Of a stretch of DNA of 64,000 bases, positions 26,501-38,942 are shown in pieces. This DNA is from Fimbriosthenelais zetlandica (taxonomy: Eukaryota): the NCBI GenBank assembly GCA_977030845.1, contig OZ365118.1, forward strand, positions 20,522,001 to 20,586,000. Direction: 5' to 3'. The notes beneath the pieces were generated by a model, which was given only the letters and a program-made list of their open reading frames with translations, was not told where the DNA came from and ran no database searches. The position numbers were made by a program, and so were the translations under genes. Within the stretch, counting starts at the first letter, position 1, and every line of letters begins with the position of its first letter.

Positions 26501-29500
26501 CCCCGGGGTATGCTTAACTTGTGGTAATAAAGGCCCGTAATCACCCAATCTTCATCAATTTCTAATGGATGAAGACCGGAAAAAATACAATGATAGGGGA
26601 ATCTTCCAACATGGAAATATTGAGCAAGCAAAGTATAAAAACTAATTATAATTTTCACAGCGGGTGAGGCAATGTGGTAACACCAGCAATCTTCGAGTTG
26701 CTGGGGGCAGGCAAGAACAACCCAATGGTGAATATGTGAAAAATATTCATAAACATATTGTTTATACTTCATGATCTTGAAGGAGAATTATTTACGCGAA
26801 CCATTTCAGAAGAAGAAGATTATGTGGGACTCATATTATCATTTATTTAAGAATGCCAGGCAAGATCCCTTTCAAACTCAATGGCTTCAATATAGACTGG
26901 CTTCAATATCACTGAATGGCTCTATGTCTATGAACCAATCTTCATTAAACAACTTTCTGATATACACAGCTTAAAACAAACGGCGCAACAAGACAGTCTG
27001 CTTCTAAGTCATAAGAGTATTATTTATCTGCCCATCAAAAGCTGATACAGCTCAGCTCTCTGCCAAGTCAAAATGCAATCAGTTCAAACGATGGAAAATT
27101 GCTCTTTTATTTTTCGCGCTCTTCGCTTAAGACAAAAACGGGCAGCATGACAAGTCATCTCAGATCTGCCAGCCGCAGACACATAGGCTTTCACGCACTG
27201 CTACACCCACACTCGATATAGCCTAATGATTCATTTGGATTTAATTTCGCCGGCCCAACAGTAAATGGGCGGTGCACAAAGGCAGTGGCTTCTTGCGCGC
27301 CTACTCTGAGCTGATAGCGGGAACATAGCTGATGACACTAGAGCACAGCTCGCTGGATGATCATATTTCACCGCCACAATCACTGATAGGAATTCAATAC
27401 AAGGTGATAAAGAGTCTCTGATTACATTTTCCAGTACAGTAGTAGGCAACACAGAACAGGTCTTGGAGTGTATTATGAAAACGGGCGGTGAAGCAAGGAT
27501 CTGCCTCCAGGGAAAACAACAATCGTTTGCATAGCGGTCGTCTTCTGGCTTCAGCCTTCACCATCGCCCCTTAATACACCGCCTTCATTGATATAAATGG
27601 TTGTGTGTGCCAGGCTTGCCACTGCCATGGACAACGTTAGACTTAAACACAACTGAAATTCCCCAGGGGAGAGGTTTGCGAAGGCAAAGCCGGGAAATAT
27701 AATGTCAACCGAGAGAAAGATTGCTGCAAAAGCAGAAGCCGCGGCGGCCAAGCTGCGTGTGTGCCCACACCCCCCTCCTGCTATGTGGAAAGCTTTCCAT
27801 ATATATCGATTTTCTTCATTAGGTTCCTTTTGTAAGCGCTGTCGAGCTTGAGTTGGGGATGGATGTTTTTCGTAAGAATTATATTAGGAACATATGAGGA
27901 GTGGGTATGTAAATAAGCTTCGTGCCTGCCCTGCTCAAATCGATGAGAACAAGCCAAGGCGACCAGAGGGGCTTTTGCCAAGTGGGGAAATTGGGATGGA
28001 TCCTCTGGAGGTAGTCCCCCTTCCACTGAATAATAATTGAATATTGCCTTCCTCGTGGTTTGATTCCACTGAACCTCCTGGCTTGGTAATAAGCAAAGAG
28101 CCTGATTTCCGTAATTTGGGCAGGCAATAAGGGAGGCTGGGGATGGGGACAGGGGGTGTGGGGATAGGGGGTGAACTAGTATGGTAGGATACCTACATCG
28201 ATGCAAAATCCAAGCCATGAAGTGCATACAGATGAAACAAGAGAAGATTAGGGGTTGAGGAGTATGTTGCTGGCCTCTTTTTTCAAACTAATTATTTTCC
28301 ACTTCAATAATTAAGGGAAGTTCCAACAAGCACAACACAAGTAGTACACAGATTGAGAGAGACATGATTGTATCTTTTAATCACAGACCAAATATTTTCG
28401 GCGACCTTTCAAAATGAAACTAATGTAAAACAACAACAGGTGGTCGACTGGTCTCAACAAGGCTACAATTACCTCGCCAAACCACGTGCGACACGAGACT
28501 TGGCATCACCTAGCGGCGTGATTTGGAGTCTCGTGTCTTGGAGATAATAGTTATGATTTAGTTGTGGTTGAGATGTGGGGGTGATGGGGGAGGGTGGGGG
28601 GGGGGGGTGATGGGGGAAGGAGTGGGAAGAAGAGTCACAAGAGTCAAAAGAAGGGAGCTGTCTCAGGCGAACTTCCGTGAGATTTGACACCCATTGGTCA
28701 TAACTTAGACTTGCTTATCCCTAGTTTTCAATCATTTCCATCTTCTAACAATATAGAATTTTTAATCATTCCAACTTATCAAGTAAGAATATAAGTATTT
28801 ATGTCAGCTAAATGGAAGGATTCAATCCACAAATTTTAACATTAGACGTGTCAGAGGTCTCCCAAAAAACAATTGTTTTAGAGACGAGGGCTCGTCTATT
28901 GAGAAACAGAAGGACACCCAGATGGGGCTGACCAGTGGAGTGGTCATTTACAGGCGCTGTAGACTGAAGGTTGTTATTTGTGGAGACAATCAGCCAGTCA
29001 CAACAAGACGAGAGGTTAAATTAAAGTAAAGGTGACATGTAGTTCTACAAAGTTCAAAGGTCCCCAACTCGTGAACCTTTGATAAGTGCCATCTTGAGGA
29101 CTCCTATTACTTGTCAACGTATGGCAAGCAGGTCTTTACACACACGTGTCCAAGCAATGTACAACTGGACAAAAATCCGAATAATAAAATGTATACAAAA
29201 TGTTTTCTTGCAAAAGTAAGCATTGATTTATACGCCATTAAAAGCGAAAATAATTTCAGACATGCTCTGCATAAATTAATCTTTATATAATTTCACAATT
29301 GCAAGCAATCCATCGTACCTATTCAATGATTGCCTTCCTTCGCCCATTCAAGGATTGGAGGAGGATATTAAAGGCGACCAATTATCTGACATAAAAAGAC
29401 GCAGTCTGAGTGACAATGACAAAAAGCCTTGACAGACAAAGGTCATAACTTGTGGAGCACAATGTGCGGCCTTGTATACAGGGGTACATGATTAAGTACC

Positions 29501-32500
29501 CTTAATCACAAAGCTCGGAGCTCACCCTTCAGATGCATGTCATACAGTGGATTTATTCTTAAAAGGCATTTTATAGATGCGCTCTTAATGTCTTCAGTGC
29601 ATTGCTTTCACTTTCTGAAGGTTCATCTTAAAAAATGACCTTCTGATGACTATGATCATTTACTTGGTGTTGCTTAAAATTATATGTTTGAATTATTAAT
29701 GGGATGGGTTTATGTTCCATTATAGAAATGCTACAATTCAGTGTTTTCTATAAGCAGAATATCCGGAGTTTTCCTTGGTGCAAAATGTCAAGGCAATCTA
29801 TGAAACCGCTACACATTCCTGATCAGTAACTGTGTAAAAAAACCTCAATTTCCATAATTTAGTCAGTTCCGGGCAGGACCCCCAACAGTTAGTTTGCTGT
29901 GCTTTCTAGTAGAGCACTAAGTTGATTCGGACTTGAGGAGGTCAGTGGTCAGGAATTAGTGGAGATAGTTAACCTTTACTTTCTGTGTACACACCCACAC
30001 TGAGAGAGTGACCAACACATTGTATGTACTGATAAAAGCTTCCACTCACGTGTCTTCATCATATAAATGTGACCATGCCAGTCTTTGTCAATATAAGCTA
30101 CCCCATCAATATGGCTTTGTGTCCAAACCTTTTGTTGGCAGCAAAGCTTCCACTGACAGTCTTGCCACTTCGGTTCTTGGGGGAGGAAGCTCTCAAGGAC
30201 ATGCATGCAGGGAGAACATATGCATCTTCAAATTCTATACTCATGCTTCTGATTTTGTACTTATAATGACAATACAACTTTACATTTTTGACATATTTTA
30301 GTTCAAACTATGTTAGATATTTTACTTTCCAGTATCTCACATAGAATGGTATATTTTATCCTAAAGGAAATATTCAACAATTTCCAATAAAGCACACATA
30401 TATAAGACGTTATCTTACCAGTGCACTTTCTTGTATCCCAGTTCAAAGTATAGCGGCATATAGCATCTATTGTCCACTCAGTAATGCTTAAACAATGCAC
30501 ATTAGTTTGATTTATCTTATCGATCTTTCCATTCAATTTTTCTCTCATTCTAATCCAGCCTTTAGCAACCTGAGCCAATGATGGGTATGTAAACCACCAA
30601 CTTGTACCCTCTCAAAGCCATTAGATTCAATGTCCTTATAACGACTGGCCTCCAATCAAAGATGGCCTAAAAGTCTGAGACTATAATTAGCTTGTCATCG
30701 TGTCCCCTTCTAGTCCCATCCTAATCCCACTCTGAGTGAAAGGTCAACTGAAACTTCAAAAGGTGCCGTGCCTTAAACCCATGCTATCACTGCTATCACT
30801 GCTAGGCTGTTTGCTGGTGGCACCTGTCCAGGCCACACCGACACGGGGTCAGTTTCACTTTAAAAAACGTATAAAGTACTATTGTATCAACATACGATTT
30901 ATGAGGATTTGTTTGCAATTTGTTGACAGATTTTAATTTTAAGGCAAACAATAAAATGATAGAATAGACATCAATGCCAATACTATTCATTAAGGGAATT
31001 ATGGGTATTAATAAGAAATCCGTGAATGAATTCAACTTATGAACAATTCTTTTTATGACTTTTCTCTTTCCGTTTTTCACAAACATTGGTTAAGATAGGT
31101 TAATGTGTCACTCGACCTAGAATAGAACTGGGTTTTTTCAGCAGACACAAGAAATAGCAGGTGTCTTTGGAAGTCTTTGAATCCCATATCATGGAGTCGG
31201 AAACAGTTTTCAAGATGTCAAAGTGTGTCTCGTGTGAGTCTTACGGCCCTGGGCCATATTAATGTGTCGTTTTCATGACTGGGTTTTCATTTTGAGTTGA
31301 ATGGAGGTCGAAAACCCGTCCTTTGTTGACGTCTTGATGTGGGGCTTAAGTTACTGACGGATTCTAAAAGTGAATTCATTCATCTTTGGCCTGGCCGAGA
31401 TTCTGATTATGCTCGGCTAGCTTAATGGGTAACGGTCGGGGTGTAGCGTTTAGGCCTCAAGTGGGCCTCGGTGAAAATAGGAAATGGCGCACCATTATCG
31501 TGCCTACCCACCAGGTCACACCATATGTCGTCTGCTGCGCTGGCCAGCCAATCAAAGACGCTCTATCAGTCACGTGCACCAAACAAGACACAATACACCA
31601 ATCGAAAATTAATCATAGTCATCGGGATAAAATTTGATAGGAAATTCATCCACATTTGGTTGGGGCCTTCTTGGTTTGGCGGAGGGCCATTGTCTTGGGA
31701 GTTGGGCGGAGGGGTGTCTTCTCGCGGATGGGCTTTCTCTAATGATAACTCTCTTTCCCATTCTTTCATTCAGCCCGTGGTGCGGTGGAGTGGCTTATAG
31801 GAAAGTAAGGTGCCATTGTTGCTTTTGTTGGGGGAGAGGGAGGGAGGGAATGGGCCCATAAAGGGGATAGGGAAGAATGGTGTAAGAGTTGGTGCACATG
31901 TCTATTTGTCATCATTCTTTTGTGAGTGGGTGTCATGGTAGCCAGATCAGTCGCTCAGTTATATAGTATTTCTCACACAAAAGCACCGCCTTCTGGGCTC
32001 GCCCATCAACTATCATTAGGCCAAGTGAGGAATTCACTTGTTTTGCATAAGAAAAAGCGGCGGATGACATTCATGGGCTATTTAGCCGACAATAAATAAG
32101 GCGAATCTTTTCAATTATGTTGCTTTCTTCATATTTCACAATGTAACAGCAGCTATAGAGGCCTTATTCACAATTTAAACTGTCTACTTCTTATTAAGAA
32201 GATTAATTGTATTCTAAGTCTTGCTTCCCAATCCTAAAAAACTATTGCATTTTGTTGATGGCACCTATACTATAAAGATGTTGAAACCTTTCACATACAA
32301 TTTTTAAAATAAATGCATCACTTTTATTTGGATTGAAAGTAAGAAAGAAAAAACTCAGAAAGTGATTGAAACAAAAGCAGGAAGCCAAAATGAAAGAAGC
32401 CACCAATGCTGCCTCTCTGCACCTCCATCTATGTGAGTCGGCAGTGTGCCTTTATCTAATTGTAAATAAATGGTGAGCCTAAGGGGGCTAGTATTAAGGT

Positions 32501-33438
32501 GAAATGCGCCACAATTACAGCTAAGTGATTGGCTCTTGCGGGTGGCACCCCGGGTGTGACAGGGCCTGCCGACACCTAATGGCAATTGATGAAAGTTGGC
32601 GAGGAAGGAGTAGCCCGTCCATTCATCGTAGGCGGGATGTAGGCAATGCTGGCCACACAGCCCAGAGGTAAAAAGAAAATCAACTCCAGCTCTGTGGTGA
32701 CTTCATGCACAGAAAATCATCACACGAGTGGTCAATTTATCTATATTATTCACATTTTGGACATTATATTCCAGTAAGCTACGTGTTAAGGTCGCGTATA
32801 ATAGAATATGTAGCCTACTGGACAGAGGAAAAAGGCATTGCATTCTATTTCATAACATTTAGAACAGACAGATGTACCTGGAAATGACATTTCCAGACAG
32901 AAAGTTGTCATTTCAATTGTCAACTTATTGTTAAGACTGAAATGATTGAAGAACCATCTATACAATACATAAGGGATCAATAGTGATTGGTATGTTTTCA
33001 GGCAAATCTTTACAACAAACCTCCTCGAGGACAAATCTATAGTAAGAACAAACATGTGATGCATGGTGTATTTCCCCGCTAACAGCCTGCATTCAGACCC
33101 TAATTACATTCAATATATGCACTTAGCAAGGTGCCTGTGTGCACTGGGACAAAGCTGGGGGGTAATTCCATATTGGTCCACACAGTACATTTGGCAAATG
33201 GTAACATGAGGGCAAACAAGCAGCTCCACAGGTTGACCCGCCCTCCAAACACGGCATTCTGCTGCTCCTAACGATTAAATGACGTGCGGAAATGAAAAGA
33301 GAACTATGCTTTCCTCCCTCTCTCTCTCCACTCAATGTTTGCTATTCCCAGAAATTGATTTTTCTCTTCCCTCCATCCACTCCACTCTCTGGCCATTTTC
33401 TGTTTCCAATCTGGGGGCTGTTTAAAAAAGAATATATT

Positions 33439-33594
33439 CAGGGATGGATCCAGAGGGGGTGGGAGGGCCAAGGGGCCAAGACCCCGCCTCTCTTAGTAAT
33501 TTTTTAGGTCGACTAGTCTAGATCTAACACACCTTTTCATAGAACTGACCCTCATGACCTGCTCTCCCTTTCCAAAAAGCTGGATCCAGTCCTG
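33439..33594. mobile_element. Short (156 bp) MITE-like element with 15-bp imperfect TIRs
   Basis: CAGGGATGGATCCAG (33439-33453) and CTGGATCCAGTCCTG (33580-33594) are 13/15 inverted matches; G-rich then C-rich subterminal sequence. No matching TSD seen. Confidence 0.45.
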
Positions 33595-35331
33595 CTGGTT
33601 TTTTGTTGTAACATGCCCCCATGGGGTTTGTACCATGTGAGACGGACATCAGGGTGAGGAGGCTTGTATTACTAAATGACCAGTCATACCACAGACCAAC
33701 ATAAGCCACGAGATTACACTCAATTGGTCTGGAGTTATGTACATGAGAACCAACATGGGATTAAAAGCTTATGGAGAAAATACAAGTTTCTCTCAGCAGG
33801 CAATTTAGGGATGAAACGACATACAGAAATGTATATTGAAACCTTGACCTATAGTCCATCAGTATGTTAGTGTTGAATGCTGTAACCTTTTTGCACTTGT
33901 TGAAAAGTTCAAAATCGATAAACAGCTTTTCTTTTACATGCAATACAAGGTACTCAAACAAAGCCTAAATGGAGATTAGCGAGTGGCAAACGAACAAAAC
34001 TTCGCTGCAAATTTGTTCTCCAGCAATTGCCTAACAATTGATTGGCAAATCTGGGGCTGAATTATTTTGTTTTCACTTTGAATGAATTCCAAATCCCTTT
34101 GCATATATGAACCGAGTGGAACTTCGGTTTGCCCCGAGTCTTAAGAAAGTTGATGTTATTTCAAAGAGCAAAGAAAGGAATGGTCGGGGCGGCTTGTGTG
34201 TGCTCAAACTTTACCTTGGAGTGTGTTACAATCAAAGAACCAGCACCTCCCACTGTAGAGGGTTCTGATCTTCATCCATTGTACAAATAATATACCTCAC
34301 AGGTTCTCATGTGTTAGCCAACCTCACTAAGATTACAATAGAGAGGGGAGAGCCCAAACAAATGATTAAATCCTCGTCTTATTTTGGCACAGAATCAAAC
34401 ATCCGATTTAGTTGGTGAAGTGTTCTCATAGAGTCCATCGGTGTATTACCCAATGATTGGACACTAGCAGAGTGTTTGTCAAGGCCTCGGCAAAATAACC
34501 AAGTATTGGATTTCTCACTAAATCTGAATACTAATAGATGTAAGTGGCGCCCGACCGAGCTCTGAAGAATTCCACGCATATGTTTAGACCCAAGACTTAT
34601 GGTAATATGTACAAGTAGTGGCTTTGATATCTAAAAATATCCAATTGTGGGAATATCAAATATCAAAGAAAAATGGGACCAAATATTGCGGTTGGGGTGT
34701 TCATTGAGGAAGTCAACTATTGGGAGAGGGCGCATGCGCAGAACATACTTCCTATTGGGAACCTGAACGCCACCAGTGGCCAATGTGAGAACCAGATATG
34801 AGTGTACAAACGATAAAACTATCATTGATCATCGAGCCAGTATGAGATATAAGCCATTGAATCAGAGAATGTCATTTGCTCTTGTCTAAACGCGTCCCTA
34901 TCTGTTTGAGCCAATTTTAGCACATGTTTACACTGTCATGCTGTCTGTTTGTCTCAGACCAGCAATCTAAACACCGGGAAATAGGAAATATGTTAGATAA
35001 CTTGGGCAAATTATCGCTGATTGTGCTAATAGCCCAAACAAATGCTTGCCCAAAACACTGGGGATGATTCCTCAGTGTTTACCCAAGGCATTTGCGGTTA
35101 AGTCTGAAGAATATGTGCGGCACTTCTCCCCCGACCTTCAAGTGATGATAAATGTGGTGGCGTTAGGTGTGAGGAAAAAAGCTACAATTGTAGATTAGAT
35201 GTATTCTCTCGAGGATTGACGAGAATCAGCGAGAGTTGGCCTTTGTATGAGGAGCACGTGTTGGTCAGGTGATGCAGCAGTAGCCAATGGCAAGAGAGGA
35301 GGGCAGGAAGGAATTTGGTGCGCTTTAGAGG

Positions 35332-35372
35332 CTGAGCTGAGGTGAATGTGGTCTGAGCTGAGGTGAATGTGG
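35332..35372. repeat. Tandem duplication of CTGAGCTGAGGTGAATGTGG (period 21)
   Basis: Identical 20-mers at 35332-35351 and 35353-35372. Confidence 0.9.
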
Positions 35373-36932
35373 CCTGCTTGAGATGTTAAATGGCTACTGT
35401 CAGCTGCCAAATGAGGGGCGTTAGGCTACAACTGAATTGGAATGTCAGAAACTATTCTACCTGTCATCCCGGTTAGCCATCTGACGACGGCTGACCGCAT
35501 CCCGTGGCCAGGTTGTCGGGATGAAGGCATTTATCCCGGACATTGATGTCCATTTGGTGAATGAAGCTTCCATCTCACTCCCACTCAGACATGTGTGCAG
35601 CCATAACCATAGAGGAGCATTCAGTGACTATATCAACATGTAAACACCTCATATTATTGTCCGTTATTAACAAACACGGCTGTAAAACACCAAGCAGCCT
35701 TCCTCTAATCAACAAATGCGGTTGGTGGCCTTTGAACCCGGCGTCTAATCCGCTGAACATGAGTCGTATAATATGACGACATCCACCGCCTCTCATTGTG
35801 GCTGACGTTTCCTTGTGCCCGCTTTATTGGCCGTCATCTGTGTTTTTTAATGCCGGCCATCTTGGAATGGGCACGCCGGGGTTAGAAGTTCGATGATAAA
35901 TTCGGATGACGCGATGCTTTGGCCAGGCACGACAAATCATTAACCCCGCGGACCTTCGTTCTTTGGCGGGACTGGCGCGGAAATAAGTATTCATTGGCCG
36001 AGGTATGGTGACGTTTGAATGGCGTCATAAAATAGTTTTGTCGGGGGTAGAAGGCGGGCGTAATACTGGAGGGACAACTGGCGTCTGAGGCTGGGAGAGG
36101 GACTGAGGTATTTATATATATTCATGGGCAGACAGTGTTATGAGGGGACAGAGCCTCTATCACTGCGAATAGGGGAAATACACTGACACGCTCCAATGAC
36201 CGTGATGATCTCCATTCTGGGCATTTCTAATCCAAGAAATGGGGAATAAGGAAGAGAAAGGTAAGGGTAATGAATAGAGGTGTGTGTCAGGCGGTGACAG
36301 CATGTCAGGCCTGTGAGTATTAAGCTAATTTATGGTGAGTTTCGTGACACGGGGCCGAGGCCCTGACGGTGCTCCAAGCACCTCACAACCTTGACAAAGG
36401 TCCGGCCTGCCATGCCACATTCAGCCAGGCTACTTTTACCACAAATGGATGTCATGAGGGTGGGAGAGGGGGTTCACATCCAGATAGTCTTTATTAAGTA
36501 TCCCATTTTGAGGGGGATGGGACAGGTCGGGAAGTGGTGGCAGGGATGTGGCCACGCGTGGCAGGGATCTGGCCATGCTGTGGCCTCTGCCACTCGTGTT
36601 GCACAATGATAGTAGTATAAGGAGTTGGGGACTTGGTGGAGGTTCACCGCTGTTCACAGAGTAGAATGGGCAAACCTGGGGAGAGGTTATCACATGCCTG
36701 GAGTGAAGGCCCACACTGCACACACCCCATTGATGGGAAAATTATTCCTCTTTGTATTAATGTCTTTCTCGTCTTGATGATCTCCCCCGCAGAAATCCAT
36801 AAATCGCGGCTAGCCCTTCATCTCGCCCTACATGTGTTGCATTCTGGGATAGACTGGAGGTTCCCTGCTCACGTGGTTAGGGTTCCTGAGTTAGCCGAGA
36901 GGGGGCAGTGCTGTGGGTGGGTGGAGGAGGGG

Positions 36933-36962
36933 TGAATGAATGAATGAATGAATGAATGAATG
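36933..36962. repeat. (TGAA)7 microsatellite
   Basis: Read directly. Confidence 0.95.
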
Positions 36963-38704
36963 CCAGTAATTAAGGCAATCTTCATAGCGAGAGCAAGCAA
37001 GTTTGGAGAAATAAATTTATAATATTCTGGCATCAAATTGCATTTGATTGCAATTATTGGACTTTTCATTAAAAATCCTTATGAAGTTGCGTTTAATATG
37101 ATATTAAAAATAAATTAGAATAACAAAGGCAACTTATGGGAGTGTACTTAGGGCAGAAGTGACTTTGGCCACCTTAGCAATAAATGAGAAATGTGTAAGT
37201 TGGACAGGGTGAGGGAGAGGCAGGGTATATATATAGAGCGTGATATTTCACTTTGTCATGTACTAACTGAGGGATGTATGGAGGCTGGGAGAAGGTATCA
37301 TGATATACCAAGGGTCAGAGTTTTGATATATGTGATATAGTAATGCACTTCTCCATAACAGAACTGAATAACAGATATGTAACAATCTATATTACAAAAT
37401 ACATGGGATGAATTGGATTGAATTCATTTCATGTTCAAAATCAAGCATTTTCTCTATATTTCTCATCAATTGATGAACATAATGTTTATTTTCAGCTGTT
37501 CACTCTGTGATCAGATCTGATGAAGTAAGAGACTGCCAGCAGTACAAGGTCTATAAGAGAGTTATAAGGCAGGGCTCCTATGTCTGTTTTGTGAACAATA
37601 TTCTTTCCATTTGCCCTCCCATCTCGTCTGCGCTGAAAGGCATTGTATCAGCGTGAAAGCCTCTCAATGACTGATGTCCAATCCAGGACCCCATTCCTCT
37701 CTCCGCCCCTCAGTCGGGGTCACCTTCCCTCCATGCGTATTGTGTATAAGAAAACACCTTTTACCGATGATGATGATTTTTTCTGGGCCGCGCCTCAACT
37801 CAATGATTTATTACTCGGGCTCGCTCATTGGTAAAATGGATTGTGGTCCTCTCCTGAACGACAATAGGAATAAATCTTAACACTGCGCCGAATCACCGGG
37901 CGACTTGCCCGCGCGCTACCCCAACCACCACCGCCGCCTTTTTCTATGGGATATTAACTTTACATCTGTCCGTGATCCATTCTATTGGGACAAGACCCAT
38001 ATCCAATCTGTATCTTTATCATTTTTCAAAGCCGGGTCCCAGACTGGGGTCGACGGCTTTTTCGTTCTGCTAAAAAGGCCTCGCTTGGGAAGGTCACGTC
38101 GCGGTTTGAGCACAACACAGCCAGCGCCGGCGCGACTGTCAGGGATTCGTCATTACGTCATCAGTCACATGACATGGGGTTGTCCTCAATTCTTTTATAA
38201 GAAAGAAATCACTTTCTGGCCTCTCTTGTAAGGAGAAATCACACTCTCTGAGCCGGAACTCTTTCTGCGGGATTCGCCGCTGCTAAGCTTGGATGGACTG
38301 GCAAGGTCAAACCGCCTGACCTACTCCCATTTTTTTTCCAGCAGAGCCTAGATGGCAGACTGCTGCATTCCACTCAATAGACAGAGGCAAGTCCAGCACA
38401 CATGTTGATGAGATTTCATTTAATACACTCTCAATGATTCACAATATCACTCACACTTTGCAGTCATGCAAGTCATTCTCTAATGAAAGGGAGCTTTCAG
38501 AAGGAATGAAATTTCTGTATAATGACTATTTTTTACAGTGTATTAGGACCGCCCCTGAGTTTGATACAAGGTGGGCTTGGAATATTAGCCCCCTCTTCAT
38601 GTTCTGTCACTTGTGAATTCCCTAAACAACTGGCCAGTCTCCCCTGAGCTGGACTGTTGGGACTCCAACTTTTCATTAATTCCGACAGATGGGTTGACAG
38701 GGAG

Positions 38705-38723
38705 CAGTGACCTCTAGTGGCCA
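38705..38723 (-). promoter_or_regulatory. CTCF-like site TGGCCACTAGAGGTCACTG
   Basis: Minus-strand sequence matches the CCASYAGRKGGCRS core at 13/14 positions, with the typical TGG 5' flank. Binding not shown. Confidence 0.55.
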
Positions 38724-38741
38724 GTTGATCGGACCCGCCAC

Positions 38742-38942
38742 TGCGCATGTGCAGGCCGCCGCGCATGGCAGGAGCGAGGTACGATTCCTGCTGTCACCAC
38801 AAAACTCCAATCATTGAGAGAAAATAGCCGCACATTGGGCATGCCCAGATCTCACACTCCTTACAGACAGTCAGCCAATCAGATTGTCACCAGCTGTTGA
38901 AGTCTCACGGCCGCGTGACTCTCGCGAGATCTTCACGGAAGT
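38742..38942. promoter_or_regulatory. Promoter-type motif cluster: NRF1-like, CCAAT box, TCTCGCGAGA, ETS
   Basis: TGCGCATGTGCA 38742-38753, CAGCCAATCAG 38872-38882, TCTCGCGAGA 38920-38929 and CGGAAGT 38936-38942, in CpG-rich sequence. Confidence 0.5.

Noticed and set aside
26740-26974. W..YY.L......D....QWLQYR, faintly like the C-terminal zf-RVT region of L1/Tx1 LINEs
   Set aside because: A second LINE-like motif overlaps it in a different frame, which cannot both be real, and no RT or endonuclease remnant flanks it. An HMMER/tBLASTn hit to LINE ORF2 would reverse this.
36880-36962. (TGAA)7 as the 3' tail of an L2/SINE element
   Set aside because: Upstream sequence shows no recognisable retroposon 3' end; treated as a plain microsatellite.
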